This document shows, in pieces, positions 1 to 6,774 of a stretch of DNA of 10,018 nt. The position numbers and the translations under genes were made by a program. Position 1 is the stretch's first letter. Every line of letters begins with the position of its first letter. The notes under the pieces were generated by a model that saw nothing but the letters and a program-made list of their open reading frames with translations, was not told the origin of the DNA and ran no database searches. This DNA comes from a virus. Its lineage: Duplodnaviria > Heunggongvirae > Uroviricota > Caudoviricetes. The stretch lies in the IMG/VR virus record IMGVR_UViG_2695420596_000012; one strand, written 5' to 3'.

Positions 1-573
1 ATGTTTTGCGAAGAAAAAGTAGCTCAAATGGCTGCATACCTACTTCTTAAGAGAGGTGGGCGCATGGCATATCTGAAATTGATGAAGCTGCTCTATCTGT
101 CTAACCGCCAGTCGATTTTGAAGCATGGCAGGATGATCGGCGAAGATAGCCTTTACTCTATGAAATTTGGACCAGTCATGTCGAATACGCTGAACTTGAT
201 TCGCGGTAAGGCTGAAGGCATTGGTGACTACTGGTACAACTTGATAGAGACGAACGGGCATAATGTATCGTTGCGTTCAGATCCGAGGGAAATGGATGCA
301 GACGAGGTCTTTGATGAATTGAGTCGTGCAGATATCCGGATTTTAGATGAAATCTATTCTCGGTATGGGCATATGAACCGATTTGATCTCGCAAATATGA
401 CGCATTTAGAAAGCGTTTGTCCAGAGTGGCACGATCCTGGCAATTCTCGTAAGCCTATAGACCTGAAAGAAATGCTGATCAGTGAGGGTAAAAGCGAGGA
501 TGAGGCTAATCGCATAATTGGCAAAATGGAAGAATCTCAGAAACTTAAGGAATTTTCTTTGCAATTATCATGA
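1..573 (+). CDS. Panacea-domain (DUF4065) protein, SocA/GepA/PanA-like putative antitoxin; 190 aa. Start coincides with window edge, so the true 5' end could lie upstream.
   Basis: Translation MFCEEKVAQMAAYLLLKRGG..YLKLMKLLYLSNRQSIL..FGPVMSNTLNLIRG matches the remembered Panacea-domain pattern (A.yfl...KL.KLlY...GPV). Stop TGA 571-573 overlaps the next ATG (ATGA), indicating translational coupling. Confidence 0.65.
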   Translation: MFCEEKVAQMAAYLLLKRGGRMAYLKLMKLLYLSNRQSILKHGRMIGEDSLYSMKFGPVMSNTLNLIRGKAEGIGDYWYNLIETNGHNVSLRSDPREMDADEVFDELSRADIRILDEIYSRYGHMNRFDLANMTHLESVCPEWHDPGNSRKPIDLKEMLISEGKSEDEANRIIGKMEESQKLKEFSLQLS

Positions 574-989
574 CGGATTATCAGCCATACAGGAAAGGAA
601 CTGTGCTTGCCCCAACTGGACCATGCAATCATCTTCATGTGATTTGTAATGATCCTGTTTATTACCCCGTTAACGATTGTTATTGTGTTTTAGTTGTTAA
701 TATTTCTAGTATCAAGGATGGTGTCCCCCACGATCCGTCTTGCGTCTTGAATTCTGGTGATCATCGCTTTATCAAGCATCCAAGTTATGTTGTTTACGCT
801 GAAGCTATAATTTGGCGAGTGGATAACATGGTTAGAAAGCAGCGATCGGGTGAGATTTCTGTTCATGATGATATGCCAGAAGCTACATTCAATAGAATTC
901 TGGACGGTTTTGATATCTCTGATGAAGTTACGCCAAAGAACCTTAAATTTAAAAATAAATATTGCGTATCATCTATTGATGATGAGTAA
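570..989 (+). CDS. Hypothetical 139-aa protein, translationally coupled to the Panacea-domain gene; candidate toxin partner of unrecognised family, Cys/His-rich N-terminal half.
   Basis: ATG at 570 overlaps upstream stop by 4 nt. No Shine-Dalgarno of its own, consistent with coupling. No TM segment and no motif I recognise; CNHLHVIC...DCYC...H..C pattern hints at metal binding. Confidence 0.5.
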   Translation: MTDYQPYRKGTVLAPTGPCNHLHVICNDPVYYPVNDCYCVLVVNISSIKDGVPHDPSCVLNSGDHRFIKHPSYVVYAEAIIWRVDNMVRKQRSGEISVHDDMPEATFNRILDGFDISDEVTPKNLKFKNKYCVSSIDDE

Positions 990-1028
990 ACAACAGGAAT
1001 TGTTTCGGTATAACTTCTGGAGTTTTCT

Positions 1029-1202
1029 ATGGAAGATCAAAAAGCAACCAAGCCACAGCTTAAGTTCGACACAATGAAAGCATTCGCAGGTATGGGGGCT
1101 GCTGTTGAAGTTCTGATGAAGGCTGCTCCTAATGCGTTCACTCACGCTACTGTCTCTGGTAAAGAGCAGCAGGGTAAGCTTCGTCGTCGCAAAGCAGCAT
1201 GA
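1029..1202 (+). CDS. Small hypothetical protein, 57 aa (MEDQKATKPQLKFDTMKAF...GKLRRRKAA), not in the supplied ORF track; last gene before the terminator.
   Basis: ATG 1029 preceded by GGAG (1019-1022) with 6-nt spacer. Open to TGA 1200-1202. Followed 20 nt later by a strong intrinsic terminator. Confidence 0.4.
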   Translation: MEDQKATKPQLKFDTMKAFAGMGAAVEVLMKAAPNAFTHATVSGKEQQGKLRRRKAA

Positions 1203-1220
1203 TCATAGCTGGTGCTTTTT

Positions 1221-1250
1221 GAAAACCCGCCTTTAGGCGGGTTTTTTCTT
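1221..1250. terminator. Rho-independent terminator between convergent operons; stronger in the + direction.
   Basis: Stem AACCCGCC (1224-1231), loop TTTA, stem GGCGGGTT (1236-1243), then T-run 1242-1247. On the minus strand the same hairpin is followed by TTTTC. Sits between the + ORF ending 1202 and the minus ORF whose stop is at 1250-1252. Confidence 0.75.
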
Positions 1251-1531
1251 TAGTGATGTTCTTTGCCCTTCTGTTTGCCTGTTCTGACCTGTTCCCACTC
1301 GATACGTCCTTCTTCTCGTCTTTTGTCTATGTATTCCGCAAGATCCTGAATATTGATGCAACGTTTTGCTTTTTGTGATGTGCCGATGCGATATGTTGGA
1401 ACGGGCAACTTACAAGCGTTTGCTTTTGCTTCTGCTGTGGCTGGACTCATACCAAAGTACTTTTGGCTAACTGCTGAGAGTTCAATGTTTGAGGTATTGA
1501 ATTCAGCCATCAGTAAAAACAAGGTGTTCAT
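1250..1531 (-). CDS. Small DNA-binding protein resembling the pyocin-activator PrtN / excisionase-like family; 93 aa from the ATG at 1529-1531.
   Basis: Minus-strand ORF. ATG (MNTLFLLMAEF...) preceded by GGAG with 6-nt spacer; upstream in-frame codons lack a comparable RBS. Segment KLPVPTYRIGTSQKAKRCINIQDLAEYIDKRREE resembles the PrtN-family signature from memory. Confidence 0.5.
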   Translation of the reverse strand: MNTLFLLMAEFNTSNIELSAVSQKYFGMSPATAEAKANACKLPVPTYRIGTSQKAKRCINIQDLAEYIDKRREEGRIEWEQVRTGKQKGKEHH

Positions 1532-1571
1532 AAATTTCTCCATTATCCCGGCTGCACCCGAGGGTAATATA

Positions 1572-2438
1572 TTAATTAATAGCATCTTTGCTCTGAAGTA
1601 CAGCAAATGCCATTAATACCTCTAAAGTATATCGTCTATAAAACTTAACGAATCCAACATAAAAAACATAGACGAAGAAAAAGCTAAGTAGCGTCGAAAT
1701 AGAAATATAAGACACCGCCCCACCTTCTATAGCACGATAAATTAATGTTAGAAATGATATCCAAAATGTAATTACAAATACTAAACAAATATTTCTGCAA
1801 AAACCATATAATGCAACATAGTTTTGAATTTTTGTTTGATGTTGATTAGAAAATTCATAGACGTAATGATAAGCCAATCTGAAAAGATCATCATGAAGAC
1901 CTGTCCTGATGTTTAATAATTTATCGTCTATTCTGAATTTTTTTTCATAACCTTCTTTGATCATTAGCCATGTGGTATTAGCTAATTGAAATGGCAATGA
2001 TTGTGAATAACATAGTTTTTGAGTGGCGTAATCCCATGGTATTATCGGGAATAACATTACTTTGATTATGCAGTATTTTATTTTTCTCTTTGTGTCTTCG
2101 TTCTGTTTGTCACTTGATGGTGTTAAGACGTTTTTTTTGTCATCTGATAACTTATTAAATAGATATTCTGACGGATATTGCAATTCTTCGTTCATATATT
2201 TTTCAATAAAAAATGCGGATGTGATAGATATAAAGTGTCCAGCTATGTAAGATATGATTACTATTGAACCATAGTTCAAAATGCCAAAGATTTGACTTTG
2301 ACCTCTGAGCAATTCAGTTAAGTCAATAACAATATCTAGATCGAATGTCAAACCACAGAAATACATTAATAGGATAAAAAAACCACCTGGTATTAAATAT
2401 CCAAGAAAGTCATAGAATGAGAATGGATTTTGATTCAT
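1572..2438 (-). CDS. AT-rich integral membrane protein of unknown function: two N-terminal and two C-terminal predicted TM helices around a ~130-aa soluble core; 288 aa from ATG.
   Basis: Minus-strand ORF. The track's first codon is TTG; the in-frame ATG at 2436-2438 has GGAG with ~7-nt spacer. Hydrophobic stretches FLGYLIPGGFFILLMYFCGL, IFGILNYGSIVIISYIAGHFISITSAFF, ALYGFCRNICLVFVITFWISFLTLIY, YISISTLLSFFFVYVFYVGFV. Region is visibly far more AT-rich than its flanks. Confidence 0.6.
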   Translation of the reverse strand: MNQNPFSFYDFLGYLIPGGFFILLMYFCGLTFDLDIVIDLTELLRGQSQIFGILNYGSIVIISYIAGHFISITSAFFIEKYMNEELQYPSEYLFNKLSDDKKNVLTPSSDKQNEDTKRKIKYCIIKVMLFPIIPWDYATQKLCYSQSLPFQLANTTWLMIKEGYEKKFRIDDKLLNIRTGLHDDLFRLAYHYVYEFSNQHQTKIQNYVALYGFCRNICLVFVITFWISFLTLIYRAIEGGAVSYISISTLLSFFFVYVFYVGFVKFYRRYTLEVLMAFAVLQSKDAIN

Positions 2439-2546
2439 TGTTGCTCTCCAATAATTTTTCAATTTGTAATATAACCTATATCTATATGTTAATAAATTAC
2501 TTATATGTTCTTTTATGGCAGAGTTTGAATTCGTACGTGCTGATTT

Positions 2547-3071
2547 TTACGACTCAGTTAACTCTTTAAAGCGTTCCATAAACATCCCATAGGCATGGCC
2601 TGGCGACAGTGGAATAACTTTGAACATCTCTGTTGCCGGGATACCTTCCAGTACAGGCCAGAAAGAGCCATCATCAAGCCCGAGATCGCGGCGTTCGGTT
2701 GCCAGCATGATGAGATCGGCATATTTCACAGGCGTGCTCATAACCGTGGGTAACCCGTATTTCTCACGGATTACGGCGTCTATTTTTTCTTCCATCCGTT
2801 TATAGTCAGGAAGAAGACGTTTCAGCGGCGTGGGGATGTCCTGGCAATACGCTTCTGTTGCATCATGCATTAACGCTTCAAAAGCAAATTCCTGCGGCAC
2901 CAGCTGGCTGCAAAGCACCGCATGTTGGGCGACACTGTAGAAGTGTGAAAGATGACCGGCAAAGCGACAGATATTTGAAAGGGAAACCGCGATATCGTTA
3001 ATCACGATGTCGTCTTTATTTATCCTGTCATAATAAAAATGCTTCCCGGAAAAAGTTTTAATAAATGACAT
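2547..3071 (-). CDS. yfdR: HD-domain phosphohydrolase of the YfbR/YfdR 5'-deoxynucleotidase-like family; 174 aa from ATG.
   Basis: Minus-strand ORF. ATG at 3069-3071 preceded by GGAG with 6-nt spacer; the track's longer version starts at GTG. Motifs SVAQHAV and LMHDATEAYCQDIPTPLK resemble the YfbR H...HD...D signature (HDASEV..DLPTPVK). Symbol assigned from length and gene order matching my recollection of K-12 CPS-53 yfdP-yfdQ-yfdR, not from a search. Confidence 0.7.
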   Translation of the reverse strand: MSFIKTFSGKHFYYDRINKDDIVINDIAVSLSNICRFAGHLSHFYSVAQHAVLCSQLVPQEFAFEALMHDATEAYCQDIPTPLKRLLPDYKRMEEKIDAVIREKYGLPTVMSTPVKYADLIMLATERRDLGLDDGSFWPVLEGIPATEMFKVIPLSPGHAYGMFMERFKELTES

Positions 3072-3164
3072 TTTGTTCTCCGCGTATATGTGCTGCACCA
3101 CGCTGAATTCTGGTAAAAGGAAGCCCTCACCATCCGGCGATTATTGAGTCAATTACGTTTCCAT

Positions 3165-3186
3165 AAATGCCCCCGCAGGGGCATTT
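3165..3186. other. Perfect 9-bp-stem hairpin between the YfdQ-like and YfdR-like genes; possible weak terminator, attenuator or RNA-stability element.
   Basis: AAATGCCCC (3165-3173), loop CGCA, GGGGCATTT (3178-3186). Only short A/T flanks, no long U-tract. Confidence 0.4.
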
Positions 3187-3198
3187 GCAGTAATGAAA

Positions 3199-4023
3199 TC
3201 AGGCGGTGAAAGTACCAATAAAGGTTTCTACTTTGCTGTCTTTGAATTTCTCAACAAGCAGATCACGAAATTCGTTAGCCATTTCTTCCTGCACCGCCTC
3301 CAGCTGAATAATGCGCAGAACCAGTACAGGACGATCGCCAGTGATAATGCTGAGGCGTAATTTAAATGGACGTTCTTTCAGACCTTCAAACGGAACGCAT
3401 TTAAATTCAAATGCCACTGGCATAATATCTTTGGTTTTCGCTTCGACAGACTCCATCAGGGAGCGTTTGCCGCTGAAGTCATTATCTTCAAAATCAGCGG
3501 TCTGGTTTGCTTCAATCGTGATTTTACGGACAGCCGCAGCCGCTTTTGTTGCCTGAATAGCGTCACCATTAGCATCAAAGCCCACAAGGTAGTCGGCCCA
3601 GTCTTCAATCCATTCTGCCAGTGACTTCTGGGAATGACGCTCGCCATTAACAGACAACAGAGCAGAGAACGGTGCTGTCTTTTTCAGTTTGAGAGTGGCA
3701 GTGTTATCTGCGTGACCTGGCTCATCAATAGTACCCAGGTTAAGCACACTGACGGCACGCATATTATCGGCATCGATAAAGCAGCGGGTGCCTTCATCTG
3801 CAAGATCTTTAGAATAACGAGTAAAGTCATCGATGCTGGCAGTGGAAAGCGCACCACGGAAACGGAAACGATTTAAATTAAATTTTTCCAGATCATGAAT
3901 GCGGAAATTCTCAGGCAATGCCACAGCATCGGCACCAATCTTACTGATAATTTCATTAACACCCTGAGCAGAAATAAGGGCATGGATTTGATTAATTGCG
4001 GTTGCGTCTAAGTTCTGAGACAT
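3199..4023 (-). CDS. yfdQ: YfdQ-like (DUF2303-type) prophage protein, 274 aa.
   Basis: Minus-strand ORF with ATG at 4021-4023 preceded by GAGGA with 6-nt spacer. Length and position between a 120-aa upstream gene and an HD-domain downstream gene match my recollection of K-12 YfdQ. Family assignment is from memory. Confidence 0.65.
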   Translation of the reverse strand: MSQNLDATAINQIHALISAQGVNEIISKIGADAVALPENFRIHDLEKFNLNRFRFRGALSTASIDDFTRYSKDLADEGTRCFIDADNMRAVSVLNLGTIDEPGHADNTATLKLKKTAPFSALLSVNGERHSQKSLAEWIEDWADYLVGFDANGDAIQATKAAAAVRKITIEANQTADFEDNDFSGKRSLMESVEAKTKDIMPVAFEFKCVPFEGLKERPFKLRLSIITGDRPVLVLRIIQLEAVQEEMANEFRDLLVEKFKDSKVETFIGTFTA

Positions 4024-4088
4024 AATAAGTCCTCACTATATAAAAATATTCAGTGATGAGAGAAATAATCAGTTTATTAAAAACGATA

Positions 4089-4451
4089 TTAATGACCTGC
4101 TGCGCGGAGTTTTCCGTCAGGTTCACCGGCAAGAGTCAGTAATTGTCCCTGGTCTTCCTGCAGAATAGTCAGGCGACCACCGCGATTGACATACATCGGC
4201 GTTTCGGTGGTGTCTTCTTCGGAAATTTTCCCGCGGTTAGTCGGGCGAACATATGAGAGTTTGTGTTTGATTTTCACACGGTTCTCATCAAATGGTTCGA
4301 TTTCCAGGTTGAGCGAGACCTTACCTTTGGTTTTCGTATTCATCACACCGGAAGCGACTTCACTGAGAACAGCGCCGATTTTGGTTTCAAATACGCCGCC
4401 GTCCAGCTCCCCGATAAATGCCTGCACATCAGTACTGCGTTCGCTAGCCAT
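4089..4451 (-). CDS. yfdP: YfdP-like prophage protein, 120 aa, starting MASERSTDVQ; first gene of the leftward operon.
   Basis: The track ORF 4089..4637 carries a 62-codon N-terminal extension I consider non-coding. ATG at 4449-4451 has GAGGAG with ~7-nt spacer. Symbol by length and synteny only. Confidence 0.55.
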   Translation of the reverse strand: MASERSTDVQAFIGELDGGVFETKIGAVLSEVASGVMNTKTKGKVSLNLEIEPFDENRVKIKHKLSYVRPTNRGKISEEDTTETPMYVNRGGRLTILQEDQGQLLTLAGEPDGKLRAAGH

Positions 4452-4499
4452 TTTGCTGCTCCTCATCATATCGACCCTGCAAGGTCGGTTGGTTTCTCC

Positions 4500-4598
4500 A
4501 CAAAACAGAGAAGAACACCTGCGGTGGCAGCCGCCCGGATGGATTGGGTTATGAGCCCGTCGGCCGGTGATGCTCTTCTCTGTTTTGTAAAAAGAGCG
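4500..4598 (-). promoter_or_regulatory. Candidate nut/put-like leader element: boxA-like motif followed by a long stem-loop in the 5' leader of the leftward operon.
   Basis: Minus-strand CGCTCTTTTTA (complement of 4588-4598) directly abuts a 15-bp perfect inverted repeat, ACAAAACAGAGAAGA (4500-4514) and TCTTCTCTGTTTTGT (4574-4588), separated by 59 nt. Lies ~50-150 nt upstream of the YfdP-like start. Confidence 0.3.
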
Positions 4599-5079
4599 GT
4601 ACCAGCCGGAAGCAAGTGTACAAACTGGTACCGCCAAAGCAGTGGCTGTTGTGGTGACCGGTGCTGATCTCCGGCTTGCGGTTATTTCAGACTCTCACGG
4701 GCGTTTAATTGCCCCGCCGAACAGCTCTTTTCCGCAATAGCTGCAATGTCTTTCGCGCATCAGCCTGCGCATTCACCACAACGCTGAGAGCACTTAGCCA
4801 GTTACGGCACCACACTTTGTCGCGGTTCCATAAATGCCCTCATCGTTGCACCCTGGTCTCTTCCCAGGTGTCAAACCGAACCGCCACGCTGGTTAGGCGT
4901 CTTATCAGCATCATCATTGACTTGCACATTCCGGCTACCTGGTTTGTTTGCTCGAGCAAGGAGTGGATTGTCCCCTTTAACGTCCCCAGACCGCTAACGA
5001 CGCATGTGCCATACGCCGTGTTACAACCAAATTTTGTTAGTACCTTGTTTGTTTGTCTGGAAAGAAAGATAAAATGAAG

Positions 5080-5118
5080 TTGCGCATTATGCAAGTGTTT
5101 TTATTGCGAGATATGCAA
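5080..5118. promoter_or_regulatory. Two operator-like palindromes (putative OL) and probable leftward early promoter region.
   Basis: TTGCGCATTATGCAA (5080-5094) and TTGCGAGATATGCAA (5104-5118), both TTGC-N7-GCAA, centres 24 bp apart. A third copy of the same motif lies in the cI-cro intergenic region. Confidence 0.45.
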
Positions 5119-5130
5119 TTTAAAGGGTAA

Positions 5131-5152
5131 TGAAAAGCCACCTTTGGGTGGC
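5131..5152 (-). terminator. Intrinsic terminator just downstream of the repressor gene (minus strand).
   Basis: On the minus strand: stem GCCACC, loop CAAA, stem GGTGGC, then TTTTC (complement of 5133-5152). Begins ~20 nt after the cI stop at 5174. Confidence 0.55.
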
Positions 5153-5173
5153 TAATTGATGAGGAGGTAAGGG

Positions 5174-5866
5174 TTAATTGTGTCGCTTAAGGGTTTGTGA
5201 CTGGCTGATTAAGACCTTTCCAAAGACCATAAACCGGTGTTCATTTTCGCTGGTAATTCCCCATTCACGGTAAATCTGGTTATCAGAAATCACCAGTAGT
5301 TTGTCAGGTATCATTTGCAGTCGTTTGACATAAATTTTATCATCAAAACCAAATACATAGATACCATCTCCATCAAACTGATTGATACTGACATCAACGA
5401 AGATGAGATCTCCTGGCTCAATGGTTGGACACATACTGTCCCCACGAACGTTGATAACTTTAATGTGATTGGCTGGCCGTCCGCCAAACATCGATACAGC
5501 ATTATCAGTTCTGTATTCAATGGCATGAATCACATCAATGACATCACCGCCCTGGATAAGGCCATTTCCCGCACTGGCACTGACATCCAGCATTTCAATA
5601 CGGAATACATCCTTCACCTGCGCAACATCCTCACTAATACTGTTTTTACATACAGTATTACTTTTGACGTCTGAGGTAAAGAGATCAGCAATATCAACAC
5701 CTAAGCTCCTGGCAATATTACTCAGGGCTTGTTCAGTGAATTGTTTCTGCTTACCTGTTTCCAGGCGTGAGATATTCGCCGCATCCACTCCTATTGCTTC
5801 AGCGAGATCGGCGATTTTCATGTTCTTCGCCTGGCGAAGTTGTCTGACTCGGTTTCCTATGTTCAT
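5174..5866 (-). CDS. cI: CI-type prophage repressor: N-terminal HTH (XRE type) plus C-terminal LexA-like S24 autopeptidase; 230 aa.
   Basis: HTH segment MKIADLAEAIGVDAANISRLETGKQ. Ala-Gly cleavage site in SASAGNG. Catalytic-Ser motif VRGDSMCPTIEPGD and Lys in YVKRL. Divergent from the Cro-like gene. ATG at 5864-5866 has almost no SD. Confidence 0.9.
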   Translation of the reverse strand: MNIGNRVRQLRQAKNMKIADLAEAIGVDAANISRLETGKQKQFTEQALSNIARSLGVDIADLFTSDVKSNTVCKNSISEDVAQVKDVFRIEMLDVSASAGNGLIQGGDVIDVIHAIEYRTDNAVSMFGGRPANHIKVINVRGDSMCPTIEPGDLIFVDVSINQFDGDGIYVFGFDDKIYVKRLQMIPDKLLVISDNQIYREWGITSENEHRFMVFGKVLISQSQTLKRHN

Positions 5867-5963
5867 GCGTTTATTACATTTCTTTATTGCGCGTTAAGCA
5901 AATCAACTTGCGCAAAATATTTGCGTGAAATAATATGCTCATCACGCAATATGTGGAGGTCAT
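5867..5963. promoter_or_regulatory. Divergent immunity promoter/operator region (OR with PR- and PRM-like promoters).
   Basis: 97-bp cI-cro spacer containing TTGCGCGTTAAGCAA (5887-5901, TTGC-N7-GCAA) and further TTGCG half-sites at 5908 and 5921. Candidate rightward -35 TTGCGC (5908-5913) and -10 TAATAT (5931-5936) with 17-bp spacer. GGAGG at 5955-5959 before the cro ATG. Confidence 0.5.
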
Positions 5964-6224
5964 ATGCAATCACCATTACGGAATGTGCGTAAGGCGCACG
6001 GATTTACTTTGCAGCATGTTGCTGCTGGCGTTCAGGTCAATCCAGCGACGCTGAGTCGTATTGAAAGACTGGAACAAATTCCATCTATCGATCTTGCAGA
6101 ACGTCTGGCCAATTTTTTTAAGGGTGAAATCAGCGAAATGCAGATTCTTTATCCGGCACGTTTTCAATCTAGCCAAAACCAGAATGGGTTTAAACCACAG
6201 GAACAGGAGGTAAGCCGTGGGTAA
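5964..6224 (+). CDS. cro: Cro-like small HTH regulator, 86 aa.
   Basis: HTH segment FTLQHVAAGVQVNPATLSRIERLE. Divergent from cI across the operator region. GGAGG with 4-nt spacer before ATG. Confidence 0.8.
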   Translation: MQSPLRNVRKAHGFTLQHVAAGVQVNPATLSRIERLEQIPSIDLAERLANFFKGEISEMQILYPARFQSSQNQNGFKPQEQEVSRG

Positions 6225-6774
6225 TCATCACTGGAAAGTGGAAAAACAGCCTGAGTGGTACGTGAAAGCTGTCAGAAAAACTATCGCGGCGTTGCCGGAG
6301 GGTTACGCTGAAGCTGCTGAGTGGCTGGATGTAACAGAGAACGCATTATTTAACCGCCTTCGTGCCGATGGCGATCAGATTTTCCCGCTGGGATGGGCAA
6401 TGATTTTACAACGTGCTGGTGGCACTCACTTCATTGCTGACGCTGTGGCGCAGTCTGCAAATGGCGTCTTTGTGTCTCTTCCTGACGTCGAGGATGTGGA
6501 CAATGCCGATATTAACCAGCGTTTACTGGAAGTCATTGAACAGATCGGCAGTTATTCAAAACAGATTCGTTCAGCAATCGAAGACGGTGTAGTGGAACCG
6601 CATGAGAAGACAGCAATTAACGACGAACTGTATCTTTCAATTTCGAAGCTCCAGGAGCATGCAGCACTGGTCTACAAAATCTTCTGCGCTCCAGAAAATA
6701 GTAACGCCCGCGAGTGTGCAGCTCCGGGCGTCGTGGCGTCGATTGCTTCTGGTTGTGGAGAAACTAACGCATGA
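6217..6774 (+). CDS. CII-position early regulatory protein (YdaT/CII-like by position), 185 aa, GTG start; function not established from sequence.
   Basis: GTG 6217 preceded by GGAGG (6206-6210) with 6-nt spacer. Overlaps the cro 3' end by 8 nt. Stop overlaps the next ATG (ATGA at 6771-6774). Confidence 0.6.
   Translation: MGNHHWKVEKQPEWYVKAVRKTIAALPEGYAEAAEWLDVTENALFNRLRADGDQIFPLGWAMILQRAGGTHFIADAVAQSANGVFVSLPDVEDVDNADINQRLLEVIEQIGSYSKQIRSAIEDGVVEPHEKTAINDELYLSISKLQEHAALVYKIFCAPENSNARECAAPGVVASIASGCGETNA

Noticed and set aside
850-1077. 75-aa + ORF overlapping the 3' end of the 139-aa gene.
   Set aside because: Out of frame with the coupled 139-aa gene and lacks an RBS. The in-frame RBS-bearing 57-aa ORF at 1029 better explains the downstream region.
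1160-1168. Exact rrn-type boxA core TGCTCTTTA on the minus strand inside the 57-aa ORF.
   Set aside because: Lies downstream of the leftward operon's terminator with no associated hairpin or transcription context; most likely a chance match.
1353-1616. 87-aa + ORF antisense to the PrtN-like gene.
   Set aside because: Antisense shadow with no RBS; transcription here is leftward.
2062-3876. Plus-strand ORFs 2062..2250, 2620..2805, 3311..3556, 3634..3876 and minus ORF 3456..3647.
   Set aside because: Antisense or out-of-frame shadows within the membrane-protein, HD-domain and YfdQ-like genes.
4452-4637. 62-codon N-terminal extension of the YfdP-like ORF in the track (4089..4637).
   Set aside because: The extension has no start codon with an RBS and spans the inverted-repeat and boxA-like leader. 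The ATG at 4449-4451 has a strong GAGGAG RBS and gives the 120-aa length expected for this family.
4186-4667. Plus-strand ORFs 4186..4554 and 4263..4667, antisense to the YfdP-like gene and its leader.
   Set aside because: Shadow ORFs with low-complexity translations and no RBS.
4709-5077. 122-aa + ORF and overlapping 84-aa minus ORF (4840..5094) in the spacer between cI and the leftward operon.
   Set aside because: Translations are Ser/Arg/Thr/Leu-rich and junk-like. The minus ORF starts with TTG inside an operator palindrome. No RBS and no N-like arginine-rich motif. Treated as non-coding leader.
5311-5897. ORFs 5311..5526 (-), 5315..5674 (+) and 5538..5897 (+) overlapping the cI gene.
   Set aside because: Alternative-frame or antisense shadows of a well-supported repressor gene.
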